A stretch of DNA of 64,000 nucleotides, from assembly GCA_020137815.1 (NCBI GenBank), contig CM035357.1, positions 1,984,001 through 2,048,000 on the forward strand, given 5' to 3'. Shown piece after piece: positions 51,249 to 64,000 of this stretch. Under the pieces are notes generated by a model that saw nothing but the letters and a program-made list of their open reading frames with translations, made no database searches and was not told the DNA's origin. Every line of letters begins with the position of its first letter. Position 1 is the first letter of the stretch. The DNA comes from Hormiphora californensis (lineage: Eukaryota; Animalia; Ctenophora). The translations under genes and the position numbers were made by a program.

Positions 51249-52771
51249 TCAGTGTCTAATCACCCCGTATTGTGAGTTGGGTGCCGCTTTAGAGTCCGAT
51301 CCTTTATTCCCATGGTGATGTCCATGGTGACCACTTTGGTATAAGTGGGCGAGGGGTCCGAGTTTCCCCGCGGCAGCCGCGAGTTGTAACTGTTGGTAAC
51401 CCGCTAACGATTGCAGGATGGAGGCATTCGTAACGGCCGCCGAGGGATCACCACTTGCTAGTTGCTTATACAACTGTTGAGGGTTAATACCCATGGGGTA
51501 GCCGATTTGGTTTAGAACACCGGCCCCTGCGGGACCGTACGAAAGGTGCTGAAGATGGCCAGGTCCTGCTGAACTCCGATTTAGAAGTGCCTCCTGGACT
51601 TGACCGGGGAACAAACCTCCCCTACCACCTCCACCTCCCTCTGCTGCCCGGACCTGCTGTCGCTGTTGTACCCGTAACCGTTCCTGGTTTAGGATGCGCT
51701 CCTGGAGTAATCTCTCTGCTGCTGCTGGTGCCGGTGCGGCCCTGCCCCTCCTGCCTCCACCTCCGATCTGGTGGTGACCATGGTCCCCATTACTAGCCCT
51801 ACCATGAGTGGTAACTTGTTGTTGTTGCTGCTGTTGGGGTGCTGCTGCTGCGGCAGCTGCTGCTGCTTGGGCGTGTTGTCGGAGCTGTGTCGGAAACGCA
51901 GGTTGTGACTCACCCCGTCCGTAAAAGTCCACGAGTGACCCCAGGTCGGGTTGTTTGAGGTGGTGCTGGCCAAAGTTTAGTTTGGAAGCTGCCGTTGTGG
52001 GAAACGAGAAAGGGAAGGCTCGGGAGTACAGCTGCTGCCGAGCAAATATTTCCTGTTGCTGCCGTTTTGACAGTGCCTCACTCTCCTGAACCACCAACCT
52101 AGCCTTGGCATCCTTACTATCAGCCTCAACAGCTATCGTTTGATGGTTAATGGTAACGACTGGTGTCCGGTGAGGCCCTCCCGCCGTCAGTTTCCCGTGC
52201 TCCAACAAACTCTCAGACAGTGACAGCTGGTCGGGTCGTTGGTGGCAGTTGGGCGGCATGGAGGGGGAGGCTCGTGGTGTTATGGGAGAGGTGCTGTTAC
52301 CCATTTTCACCAGGGGAGAGTTCTTTGGACTTGGTTTGTGGAGGGGCATGCCATTGCGGATGAGGGGCGCATTGGTTAGGATATTATCAATGTTCGTGTG
52401 GGGCGAGATGGGCGACACCCGGCTGCTCCCAGGTCCTTTGAGGGGCGAGGAGGGAGAGATGGGAGAGGTGACCTTGGCAGGAGTTGCATCTTCGGTTGGG
52501 AAGGCGAATCTTTTCTTCTTTCGCTCACCACCGGGTGGCTGTTCCAAGCTGGGTCGTTTCGGGGCAACCTGAAAAAGAGAAAGAACTGTTAATACGAGAC
52601 GAAAAGGTAATTTATTTCCTTATAAGGAAGTGAGAGACAAAAGACGCACATAGAGAAGTGTCCGACAAAATTAGAGCACAACTCAATATATAAGTTGCTC
52701 TAAATTTACACATGCGCATGATATAACACAGTGGTTTGTGCGTTAACTAACCACAGACATACAATATGTGC

Positions 52772-52866
<95 letters not shown>

Positions 52867-54962
52867 CCTCTCTAAAACTATAATTAGAGCTTGTGTGCTC
52901 TATTTCTGGGAGGACAAGAGGAAGTTCACTAAATGATGGCCGTGTATGATCATACAAAGAACGAACAATCATGCGTGTAGTTTTCTAATTAGGAAAGTTT
53001 ATGCCTTAAAGGAGGGTTAGAACATAACAAGCTAGATTATAGTTAGAGATCATTCATGCCGACAAATTTTATTTTTTCTCAATATTAGCCTTGCCTTTTT
53101 CGGCCCTGACTCCCCGCGCTCCGCACGGTGAGACAGTAGCAAATGTAAAAGAGGATTAGAACATAACAAACCTGTATTGAAGACACTGGTGCGACGGTTG
53201 ATGTTGGTGTCGTACACTTCACGGGTATCTTTGGCGAGCTAAGTGGTGGAGGTCCATTCAACAACATGTGCTGCATCCTCGGTCCATGGTGAATACCACT
53301 GTGAGCAGCCGTCAACATGGGTGGTTTACTGGGCCCTTGGAGGTTAGGGATCCCCATGACGAGCTCTGGTCGAGGTGGTTTCTCTCCCATTCGGGTGACG
53401 GGAACTTTTAGCGTGTTACCCGTACTGGAGACAGGTATCGGCGGGACTTTACTCGTTAGCGGCGTCAGCTGAGAGAAAGAGTTTTGTTAGTTTTTTATGT
53501 GAACTATGAATTGGAAAAGTAAAAAATCTCTAGAATGAGTTTTGAAAAAATAGAAGAATCTCTTACCTCGTTGAGGGAATTCGAATCGTTGGAGAAGATC
53601 GAATCCACCAGGTTCATATCATGTTTAGCACCCTGGGGCGTCCTGAACTTAAAACTCTTGCTTTTCTTTGCGTTTGTGTTCATCGGGAGGGGCTTAAACT
53701 TTGGCAAATCCTCTGTTGGAGTCGGTGTAGTGATTTCCTTTGGTGAGCTCTGTTTCACGGGCTTGAATTTAGAGGCAGAAGGAGGTGGTAGTGGCTGGTG
53801 GGCGGCTGGAGGTTGTTGTTTTGATGAAGGAGCAGGTGTTGTTGGTGTTGCCTTAGCAACAGGTGCCTTCTCCACCGTAACAGGTTCTACTGGCTGTTTA
53901 GGCTCAGTTAGAACTGGTCCAGGTACCTTCGATTCCGAGCTAACTTGCTTTTTAATTCTACCAGCGGAAGATTTCAACTTAGGAGAAATGGCCATTTCAA
54001 ACAAGCCCCCACTGTCGCTTAATCGAGATTTTGTTTTCTCAATTTTAGCGGCAGGTTTAGGTTCCCGTTCTAGGGCCGAGGGTTGGGGTGCTGGTACAGC
54101 GGGAAGGGGAGGAGGCGGCTGAGGTTTAGGGGGTTCCTGTTTCACCCGGCTTTTCGGTGGTTCGTCGACAACTTTTGCTGGTGGTGCAGGTGGTGGTTCC
54201 TTTTTAGCAGGTTTCGGAGTTTGTTTCGGAGTCTGTTTAGGAGCAGGAGGTGTAACTTTTTGGGGTTTGGGCGATGGAACTCTCGGGGGAGGTTTCTCGT
54301 TCTCCTCCTCTTCTTCCTCCTCCTCCTCATCCCTTCCTTCGCTCAAACTCTGTCCACTCCGCTCCAAAATATTCCTGATCTTTTCCCCGTCCGACTCGAT
54401 ACTATCTCGTCGAGATCGCCTCTTTTCATGTCTCCGGGCGCGATCATGTCCCCGTCTCTTTTCCTTGGTAGCAGTGGGTGGAGCTGGAGGGGTCCGGGCA
54501 GAGGGTGTCATGACCGGAACGGATTGTTCCTCAAACTGGTCTTCTTTAGGTTCACCATAAAACTTGGGTTTACAGGATCGTGATCGGCACTTTATCCTCT
54601 CCGATAGAGACTGAGAGTAGTCTCCCGCAATGTTGGGTACAGGTACCGCCGAGGGGCTTCTGGGGGGTGTCAGGGGTGATTTAACGACACCATTCTCTTG
54701 TTTCGAAGATGGTTTCCTCTCCGATTTTTCAACAGCAGGAGCAGGAGGGGCTTTAACTTTTCGTTCCGGTTTGTGGTGATTCTGTTCACGCCGGTGGTGT
54801 TTGCTCGGAGATACCACTGATCTGGGTCGGTGGTGGTGAGGCCTGGTCCTGTTCTCGACCATGACCTGCTGATCCAGTTGAGGAGCGATCTCGTTTATCC
54901 TTTTTATTGCTTCCATGGTTAAGGGTGGCGTTGGCAATCAGTTTGCTGGCCACTTTGGGTGT
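51249..54962 (-). CDS. 3' part of a large Pro/Lys/Gln-rich disordered protein; upstream exons probably lie in the garbled block
   Basis: Exons ~54962-53567, 53468-53172 and 52568-51249 (phase-0 GT-AG). No recognisable domain; possible 1-nt insertion near 54938. Confidence 0.7.
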
Positions 54963-55049
54963 CTGAAAATAAAGGAAATATTAGAGAGATGGAATGGAAA
55001 TGTAAATATGGGAGGTAAAACTAGCTCTGGCGACAAATTTTTAATTTTC

Positions 55050-56549
55050 TCTACTACTCTCTATCTCTTCCCCCCCCCCCTCTCTCTCTTTTATTTATTA
55101 ATATCATTTTGGGTTTCTCAATTATCGTTTTTCTTCTGGAAACTACTCAACTCTTAAATTACACCACCCCCGGGACTAAATTTACACCCTTTCCCTTTTT
55201 TTGTCCTCCACCCAACCCCAAAAACGGACGGAAATTTTTAATTTTCTTATAAAGGAAGAGTGTCCGCGCTTTTCGCTCTAAAATAAAAAGGGACAAATTG
55301 AAAAACCATGGGAACTAGCAACTATTCTATAGCAACAGTAACAAATAGTTACCCATTTTTACTAATTACCCTTTTACCCCCGGCCCCTCGGATTGTGCAC
55401 TATTTACCCCCCCCCCGGGCCCCTTCACTCTCCTCCCCTTTCGTTACCCCTTTTTTGGGGTCCCTTGGAATTTCCCTTTTGTGCAGATGTAATGCGTCCA
55501 GAGACCACGTTAAAACCGCACTGGCACCAAGTTGGAAAGGGCGGTTAAAAAACTGGTTCCTTGTAGGGTGGCTTTATTTCACTCCCTGGGGGAGGAAACG
55601 CGGGGTTTAAAGGGGGGGTGGTTTAAAAGGGGGGGGGAGAGGGGGGTTTAAAAAAGAGAGGATTGGGGGGGGTGGTTAGGGGGGTGGTTTAAAGGGGGGA
55701 GTAAACGGGTGGTTGGGGGGTGGTTAAAAGGATGTGTTGTTAGAAAAAGATGGGGGGTTTTAAAGGAACCGGTGGTTAAAGGGGGGGTTAGAAGGGGGGG
55801 TTAAAAAAATTTTAGATTGATTTTTTCGGAAAATGGTAAGACAGAATTTTGGGGCCCCTAAATTTAATCAAAATAAAATGGACATGCAAAAGTTCCCCCC
55901 GCGAAGACACTTTGGAAGACGACGGGGAAAAGGAGGGAGGAAAGGGGGAGAATGTCATTTGGTTGAAATTGAAGGGTTTTTTCAGTCATCCTCTCCTGAA
56001 AAGGGGGGAAGTGTAAAAGCGCTTTTTGTGAAACTTCAAAACTAAAACATTTTTTAACAGTTATTTTTTTTAGTAAGTAAAACCTCACTTTGAGAATCCA
56101 CCTAACTTTTCATCAATTTTTTCCCCCTTCCTCCGCTACGCCCAAATTCTCCCCAGAAGAGAAAAATCGGGGAGAGACTCCCCGGAAGTTTCGGGGGTAA
56201 TATGATACTACGCATTTTTTTGCTGCAAGTTGATGTGTGTGCTGTTGGGAAATTAATTTTGCCGGAATTCCGGGGAATAACCCTAATTTTGAGTCCAAAG
56301 CAAAAAGAGAGAAAAAAATTTGAGGAAAGAATTTTTTCGAGTGAAAAGGTTAGAAAACGTGAGAGATAGATAAATAGAGAAGAACGCATAGTAAAATTTT
56401 TAGGAGGGCCAAAAAGGGTTTCTTTCGTTTAAACAACTTCTATTTTTGAACAAACGCCATTTTCTTGACACTTTGGAGAAGAAAACATTTTGGAAAAAAC
56501 AGGGGGGTTTCGGCATTTAGGGAGGAGAAATAAAGGAAATTGAAGAGGG

Positions 56550-56581
<32 letters not shown>

Positions 56582-57930
56582 AAAGAAGAGGGGAGGAAAA
56601 GAGAAGAGAGAGGAGAGAGGGAAGAAGAAGAGGGAGAGAGAGAAGTTTTTGGGTTTTTCCCTTTAAAAAAAGGGGAAAATAGAGCTTTGTTGAACTGGGG
56701 TCAATTAATTTTTTTTTGCGTGGGGCCCCCCCTTCCTGGTGACAAATTTTAAGTGGTTTTTTTGGGCCCCCCTGCCCCTCCCCCTTTTTTCCTTTCCCCG
56801 GGGAAAAACTTTTTTACTCCTTGCTGCCCTTTTCTTCTTTTCTCCCAAATTTCCTTTTTTTCCTCTCGGGTCGCGGGGGAGGGGGGGTAAAAAAACCGGG
56901 CTGTTTTATTTTTCTTTCTTTCCCCTTCTTCCCCCCCCAAGCCCCAATCCAACCCCTACAACCCCCCCCCTGCCCAAACCTTAAAAAATAATAGTTTTTT
57001 ACCCTTTAACGGGGGGGAGGAACGGCCCCAAAGAGGGGGGAGCGAAAATTATCAAACAAAACCCACAACCTAATTGATTTTTAACTCTCTTTCCCTTTGT
57101 TTTCCCTGGGGGCATTTCCCGTTTCTTCTTTTTTTTTTCACCCTTACTCCCCCCCACACCATAGATGAAAGGAAATTCACGGAGGAGGATTTGCGGAAAT
57201 CGGATATGGGGGGGAGGGGACGTAAAAGGGGCCCCCCTTGCTATTTCAACTTGCTAGTCAAATGTTCAGCTAGAAAAGAGAGAGGTGTTAGATTTGTAAA
57301 ACAAGGAATAATAGGGGACTTCAGTTAGGGGGATTTAATGTGGGGGGCTAGTAAAGAGACAAAAAACAAGACATTTTCGGGGTTTTTCCTTGCAAATCAC
57401 GTGACGATCAAATCGATTTAAAAAAAAACCGAAAATTAAGGTCAATCTTAAATTAACACAGCACAGCTTTTTTCTAAAAAATCTTCCAATATAACTTAGA
57501 AGCTTTTTGTTTCGTTTTAAACAATAAAATTTTTCCCCCACCATAGATTCTGTTATCTTTCTCAACTTTCTCTCTCGAAAAGTAAAAATATCTGCAAAAA
57601 TTTATAATCATTGTATATATATTTCTGCTGTTAAAAGCACAAAAAAGATCAAATCATATAGTGTAAAAAAAACACGGAAACGTTACAAAAAAAACCGCAC
57701 AAAATTTGGGACAGTCGACCCCGAAACCGGCACCCCTTTTCCGGGAAAAAAAAACCCCTTTCCCACGAGGTTTTCCCGGTAAATGGGGGTCCAATCTTTT
57801 ATTACCATATCAAACCCAAACGGGCGCGCTACCCCCCCCTTTCTGAAAGAAAATTTAAAATTCACTGCAAAAACAAAAAGATCTCGGGGAGGGGGTATAT
57901 TTTAAGTAAAGTTAAATAAAATCATGTAGT
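55050..57930. other. Homopolymer-garbled low-quality sequence containing exon-like and MITE remnants
   Basis: Expanded A/T/G/C runs throughout, with coding-like islands (~55480-55560, ~56200-56250). Confidence 0.7.
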
Positions 57931-57931
57931 G

Positions 57932-59892
57932 TTATAAAAAACAAAAACTTAATACAAATAAAACAACTGATAAACTGCAATAGAACCTCTTATAACCAAC
58001 ATACCCCATCATAGTGGAGGCTGCATTGTTCCTGGACCCCCTAAAAGGTGGATTCTCGAAGGTATTGTTCGAGTCTGTCCCATTTAGTGCCATGGACACA
58101 TTCCTCAGCTCAGGGAGGAACTCTGTCCCATGGTGGACTATCCACCACCGCTGTAACTTCATGGTACCATCACCAGTGTTGGTAACGGATAGAGTCCACG
58201 TGCCCATGGCAGCCTCGCCCCAAAAGTGGACGCTCATAAACGGCCATTCCGTGAACCCCTTACCGCTGGGATCCTTAGGCCGAGAGTTGAGAATTTGGGA
58301 TGGGGTGTTGGAGGGGGAGATGAGGGTTAGGGAGATATCACCACGGCGACCCGCTGCTATGGTAACCACTGTCTGCACGTGTTCTAGGTGTTTTATACCA
58401 CACCCCGTGGCACGGGATGTGAAATTCAGGGTGGATCTGGCTGGTATAACCTGGGCTGGATAAGAGATGGATCCATCGCACTCAAGTGCAGGTCCAACAT
58501 TTGTCCACCGTCGGGCAAGTTCAACCAAGCCCCCCGCATCAATCACCCCAAAACCAAACTGATGGGAAAAAGCATGTCCCGCAGCGTTTCCTCCTCCAAT
58601 CACCAACCGTATCCCGAGATTTAGACGTCCTCACCAACAAATGCTGGGTATCCCGCCACCCCAGTCCGGGGTTAGCATGAAGTGTGCAGTGCCAGTATAC
58701 CGGCTGCTAGAGGCGCAGCGGCACTAGTTCCCGTGTGGGCCTCGGTGCACTTAGAGTGAAGGTCAGTTGAGACGATCTTGGGTTCCTTGTGGGATCCACT
58801 AGAGTAAGTAACGGCCATGGTTGATGAGCATTCCTCAGCGTACCACGGTTTCTCACCCCTCTCGCTCACCGCTCCAATGGAGATCGTCCAGATGGCATTG
58901 GTGTAACCGTCACAGTTACAGTTATCTAATGTTGCCCCTCCATTTCCACTAGCCCACACAAATATACTCCCGAGCCCCCGGCGACCCTCTTCAATACCAA
59001 TTTTAAAGGTTTTCTCAGTGACTTTCCCTGGTCCATCTACGGTTTGGCCGTCATCATCTGGCCCCCAGCTGGAGCTATAGATATCCACTATATCGGGATT
59101 CAACCCCAGGGCAGTCGCCTCGACAATATCTGTTACATCACCATCTAGCATTCTAATACCCCCGATTTTAGTTTTATATGCCGCCCCCACACCACAGTAA
59201 TTATTATCAGCTACCGATGCTATCTCACCTGCACATCGTGTACCATGTTTGTTTTCATTGCTAGGATCATATCTCGGAGCGGGGTCTCTATCATTATCAT
59301 TCATGTCCCACGATGCTAGTGGTTCGTAGTTAGCCTCTAGATCTGGATGCAGATACTCTAGCCCGTCATCAAGAACAGTCACAACCACCCCCTCGCCACT
59401 AACCCCCTGGGCCCACGCACCCGTCACATTGTTATAATCTGACTGTAGGAACCATTGGGATGGGTAGAGAGGATCAGAGGGCGTGAACAGGTGGTCAAAT
59501 GACACACTCCGTCGCTTTCTAGAGAGGAGCTGCTGTTGGACAGCTGATATAACTCCGAGGTGGTTTAGCATTGTTCGTGTGACATGTCCCGAATCCCTGG
59601 GGCTATGTCTGGGAGTGTGTTCATGTTTAAAGTGGTGATGGTAGGGAATCTGGCCGATTGGGCCAATATACTCCAGGCCTAGATCACGTGCTATGTCATG
59701 GGGAGAGTGCCCTGGACGGATTATAATACTCCATGTGTGGTGGTAGTGGCCAGTTGTATCTCGGAGGTTATCGTGATAGTTACCAGATTCAGAGTCCCGG
59801 TTACCATGGTTACCAGATTCAGAATAACGGAGATTTTGATCAGTGGATGCTGTCGTGAGATGGTGAAGAAGAGAGAACCATATCAAGTGCAT
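57932..59892 (-). CDS. Furin/PCSK-like subtilisin proprotein convertase (S8B), intronless CDS with two +1 frameshifts
   Basis: Signal peptide; prodomain ending RKRR; catalytic LDDG, HGTRCAGE, ASGNGG and HTGTSAAAP; P domain with RRGD and WPFMSVHFWGE. The bridge ANPGLGWRDTQHL is in a third frame (shifts at ~58688 and ~58588). Confidence 0.92.
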
Positions 59893-62867
59893 TAAATTCT
59901 CTGCATATAGGCTCGAGGTTTAGAGGAAACAAATCAGAGCTTTCTTGGCCTCTAGAAGTTTTAATTTATAGTTCCTGTTTTAACTAGGCGAGAGCTGCAA
60001 ACTGTGTATATCAGGGCTGTCCGAGTCTCTTGAAGTTAGAGATGGCAGGACGATGTATTTCAGAGTCAATCAGGGATGTACTTAACTTGCTATAGGGACA
60101 AGAAATGGTCAGGTAAAAGATAGTATAATAGGGACGAGAAATGGTCGATTAGGGAATAGGGATGTACTAAACTTGCTAGGGACAAGAAAATGATCGGTTA
60201 GGGTTTTCAGAAAACAATGTGATGCAAACAGACCCTGAGAGGGGAGGCTGGTACTAAATAAGCGACAAGAAACAAAGTATTCCTTTGAACCAGGAAGTTA
60301 CGTTAAAAAATGTTCACGATTTTAAATTTAAAATTAACCAACTCTTGCCATTCAATAATTCTACTTTAGAATCAAATATGCACCGAATATACCGACAGTT
60401 CGCTGAAGCAAAAAGAAATAACGCTGCTGCAGCAGGGAGTGGTTACTATAATACATAACTCATAATTATTATAAAGAGCTGCATAAAAGGGTGTGGTATA
60501 ATTTAACAAGTAACCATTATATAGCTTGACCGTTTACTAACTGCAACGTTATAAACGGTATCAATGATTGAACAAAGTTGTCGAGCAGGGCAAGAACAAA
60601 ATATGTCTCGAAACTGATCGTAGGAATTTTAACGCCAACGATCAAATAAATATTTCTTGAGCGGGATAAGACCTCCGCGATAGAGCAAATCAGTGACAAT
60701 ATAGTATCAGTATGTATTATCAAAAGGGCAGTTTTAAAGCGATATAGTTAGACTAATCAACCAAAATATCGTCAAGGAAGCAACAGCATTTATCGAAAAA
60801 CAAAGGTGTAAAAGCACAAAACTAAAAAATCATTTCAACGAGCAGAACATAATTCTGAGCAATACATGTCTCTATAAAATAACAATACCAGAATTAATAC
60901 AACCCCCCGGGGGAAATAAATAAATTATTTTAAATAGAGGCTTTTTTAAGGGTGGTCGTTTCTGAAACAATTTCTAGGGAATTACACTGTGTTTTCATAG
61001 TATGGCAGGGGAACTGAAATCCCAAAAATAGGGAAAAGGAAAAATTCCAAATTTTTACTTTAAAAATCAAAGAAAGTGTGTCGGGAGGGGGGTAAGTTGT
61101 TGCTGCTGGGAATTGGTAATCGAATTTTCGGGGTTTCAAGGGAAAAAAAAAAAAAATAGCAAAAAAATTAAAACAATGAAAAAAGCCTTTGTAAAAGAAA
61201 AAAAAAAGGAGGGAAAAGAAGGGGAAGAGGGTACAAAAATCAGAGAAGCCTAGAAAAGACAAAATTTTAACAAAAAACAACTGTTTAAAAATCAAATCCC
61301 TGAAACAAGAAAAAATAAAAGCACGCCAAAACCCGGGGAATTTCTTTAAACAATGCTCAAAATCAACTATTTCCCTTGGGTATCCATAAAAGCTCTATTT
61401 TTTCTCTATCACTCCATCTGACATCTCTATCTCTATCTCTCCCGTTCCTTCTCTTCTTGGGAAGATCAGAAACAGCGCTATTCGGCGACATGGGAGCGGC
61501 GGGACACCGGACCAAGGAAGATAGTTCTCTCTCCCTCGCTCTCTCCCTTCTCTCCACTCTCTCTCTTCTCTCTCTCTCTCTCTCCCCCTCAATTATGCTA
61601 CCGGGAAATACAAACCGGGAGGGGGAAAAGCGAAAAAGCCCCTCCTCTTCTCTTTTCTATCTCTAAGAAGGGAAAACGCGTCCAATGGGTAGCCAGGAAG
61701 AAAAACGTCACCAAACAGAGATAGATTACGGAAATGGGTGTAATAATTTGTTGTCACCGAGTCTGGCACATTTGACATGTTCTAATTGGTCAACCCACTT
61801 ACAACAATAACACTCACTAATTTCACTAAACATTTGATGTGATCATGTTCTGCAGATTCACTGGTGAGATCTATGATGCAACAATCATCTCATGGTGAAT
61901 CCGGTAATGAATAATGGAAATGATTTATGTATTATTCAAACAATTAAAATTCAATGAATAGATAGTTAGTTATTATCTGAATTTAAAATATTCATAATCC
62001 AGTCTAGCGCTCTCATTGCTCTAAACATTAGTAGAGGGGGTTGAAGGCTTCAACTTGAAGCACAGAAGCACAACTTAGCGATCCCACTATATCTTGCCAG
62101 TAACTCAGCCCTGTTATACCCCGCCGGTGATTAGCTAAATTGAGCCTGCACAATGTGTGTGTCTGTCTAAATACCTTCCACAGAGGGAAATAATAATTGC
62201 ACTGTATTATTTATAACTATCTATTCTACTCTCACTAGGATCTATTTCCGAGTTGATCTGTTGAATACATTGACATGATGGCACTCAAACAGCCGGCACA
62301 ATGACTAGTTAACCTGTCTCTCCCTCCCTCCCTCCCTCCCTCCGTCACAATGACTATCTAGCTAAATATATATCATTAGTATCTAGCACCTAGTGGATCA
62401 TGCAAATGACCAATCGATCATCTAGCACCCCCCCCCCCCCGAATTAGAATAAAGCCCCGTCTGCTACCAGCTAAAGACTTTACCTCTCTCTCAATCCCAT
62501 TTCAACTACTACAATATTCTACCTGTTGATATGAGGCAAGTTGGTGTACACAATTCACAAACCAGACAGTTTCTGGCAGACACCTGCTGTGCACTAGGGG
62601 TTGCTAAGTCGGAATGAATCGCTATGAATCATATTTCCTGTTATTCATTGGGTAATTATCTACTGATATCCGGAGTTTCAGCCCAAACGGTTGAGCCGTT
62701 TGGGATCGCAAGCCACTTTTGTGACCCTTGTTTTTGCTGTTTATTGCAGTGCGCATGGGTTGTATTCGTGTACATACGGTTGTATAGTATAAAATGGGGG
62801 GGGGCCAACGCTCATTTTTTATATATTTTTATATATTTTATATACCTTTTTTTTGGAAAAAAAAAAC

Positions 62868-62906
<39 letters not shown>

Positions 62907-63178
62907 TGCGCTGGCAAGCGCAAAGGTGACCATCCCCTCCCCCCAGCCGCGCGTGCCAGTATGCAGTAATAACTTTTTTCAGTTTTTAGCCAAAAATGGC
63001 ATTTTGCGACGCCCATAGCGAGGCCCCCACTGCACCAATCAGTCTGAAATTTGGTATACAGTGTCACATAGTCTAGATCTACTTTAGTTTAAAAGGGCAA
63101 GTCTCTATCTCTTTTAGTTTTAGAGATATGGCATCGTGAAAAAAGCAATAAGTGTCCCGGGTCTATGTATCTATGTAT

Positions 63179-64000
63179 CAGGAAACGACCGAACCGGGTT
63201 TTTTTCCACCGAACCGAACCGAACCGAATTTGAAAAACTTTTTTACCGAACCGAACCGAACCGAACCGAATTTCGGTAACCGAACCGAACCGAACCATAC
63301 AAAACTTTTTCTGTATAAATGTTTCTCTAAAAAGTCATGGAGAGCACCGATCAATGTATTGAGAATCATTCTCTGAAATTTTGTTAAAAAATGTTTGAAA
63401 AAATTTCAAAGTCAATTTTGTGAAAAAATTTTCAAAGTCAATTTTATCGTAAATTTTCTATGTCAATTTTTGCGTACGAATCGTGTTTCGAATCGGCAAT
63501 GCTATACGGGAATGGTATTGCTAATTAGCAGGATTAAACGAACCATGAATCGTGTCTCTCTAAATTTCCTAATTAGATTTGATGGGGGATCACGTATCAG
63601 TACAATCCATCTCGGACCCACTAATTACCAACATCACTCCCGTTTAGCATTGCCGATTAGAAACACGATTCGTATACCATAATTTACTTAAAATATTTTT
63701 CACAAAAAAATTTCACAAAATTTCAGGTGATGATTCTCAATAAAGTCGGATTTTTTGAAGTTGTCACCCCCCTTTTCGTGCGCGGAATGTTTTTGCGCGT
63801 CACATCACATGTTAACGTGTGGTGTGCGCGTCAAAATTGATAAATTTCACATGCGCGGTCATTTTGGGGTGACAACTTCAAAAAATCCGACTTTACCTTG
63901 ATCGATGCTCTCCATGAATTTTTAGAGAAACATTTAATTTTGTGAAAAAACTTTGTAAAATATTTCAAAGTCAATTTCGGAAAAAAAATTATATGTCAAT
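63179..64000. mobile_element. Longer hAT-type element related to the 35982 MITE, running off the window
   Basis: Starts CAGGAAACGACCGA, followed by (CCGAA)n subterminal repeats and an internal inverted repeat (~63317-63390 vs ~63715-63935). Confidence 0.6.
63741..63895. mobile_element. MITE inserted at TA in the host element arm
   Basis: 30-bp perfect inverted ends taaagtcggattttttgaagttgtcacccc, including the TA TSD. The opposite host arm shows the empty site. Confidence 0.9.

Overview
AT-rich, intron-containing animal DNA, rich in (GA)n microsatellites and MITEs. It is most likely a ctenophore (Pleurobrachia-like); this is an inference from repeat and gene-family style. Genes reconstructed by hand from splice sites: MYG1 (-, 8 exons), whose 9.5-kb intron 6 holds a same-strand, disrupted LDLa-7TM GPCR gene; a Pro/Gln-rich protein gene (-); a Shaker-family Kv channel (-); a TMED/p24 gene (+), whose intron 3 holds two antisense genes (F5/8C-fucolectin and calflagin-like EF-hand) and a 1.3-kb foldback element; a second Pro-rich gene (-); and an intronless furin-like convertase (-). 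Mobile DNA includes a near-intact CRE-type RLE retrotransposon, nested hAT MITEs with 8-bp TSDs, Helitron/Helentron-like elements, perfect palindromes and a tRNA-derived SINE. The most interesting signal is upstream of the Kv channel's constant exons: an array of 5 (possibly 6) ATG-initiated exons, all ending in phase-2 GT donors that fit the same phase-2 acceptor. This looks like a variable-first-exon cassette giving interchangeable N-termini, several resembling inactivation balls, on a channel with a silent-subunit-like S6 gate (PMT). Several frameshifts and homopolymer-garbled blocks look like sequencing errors.
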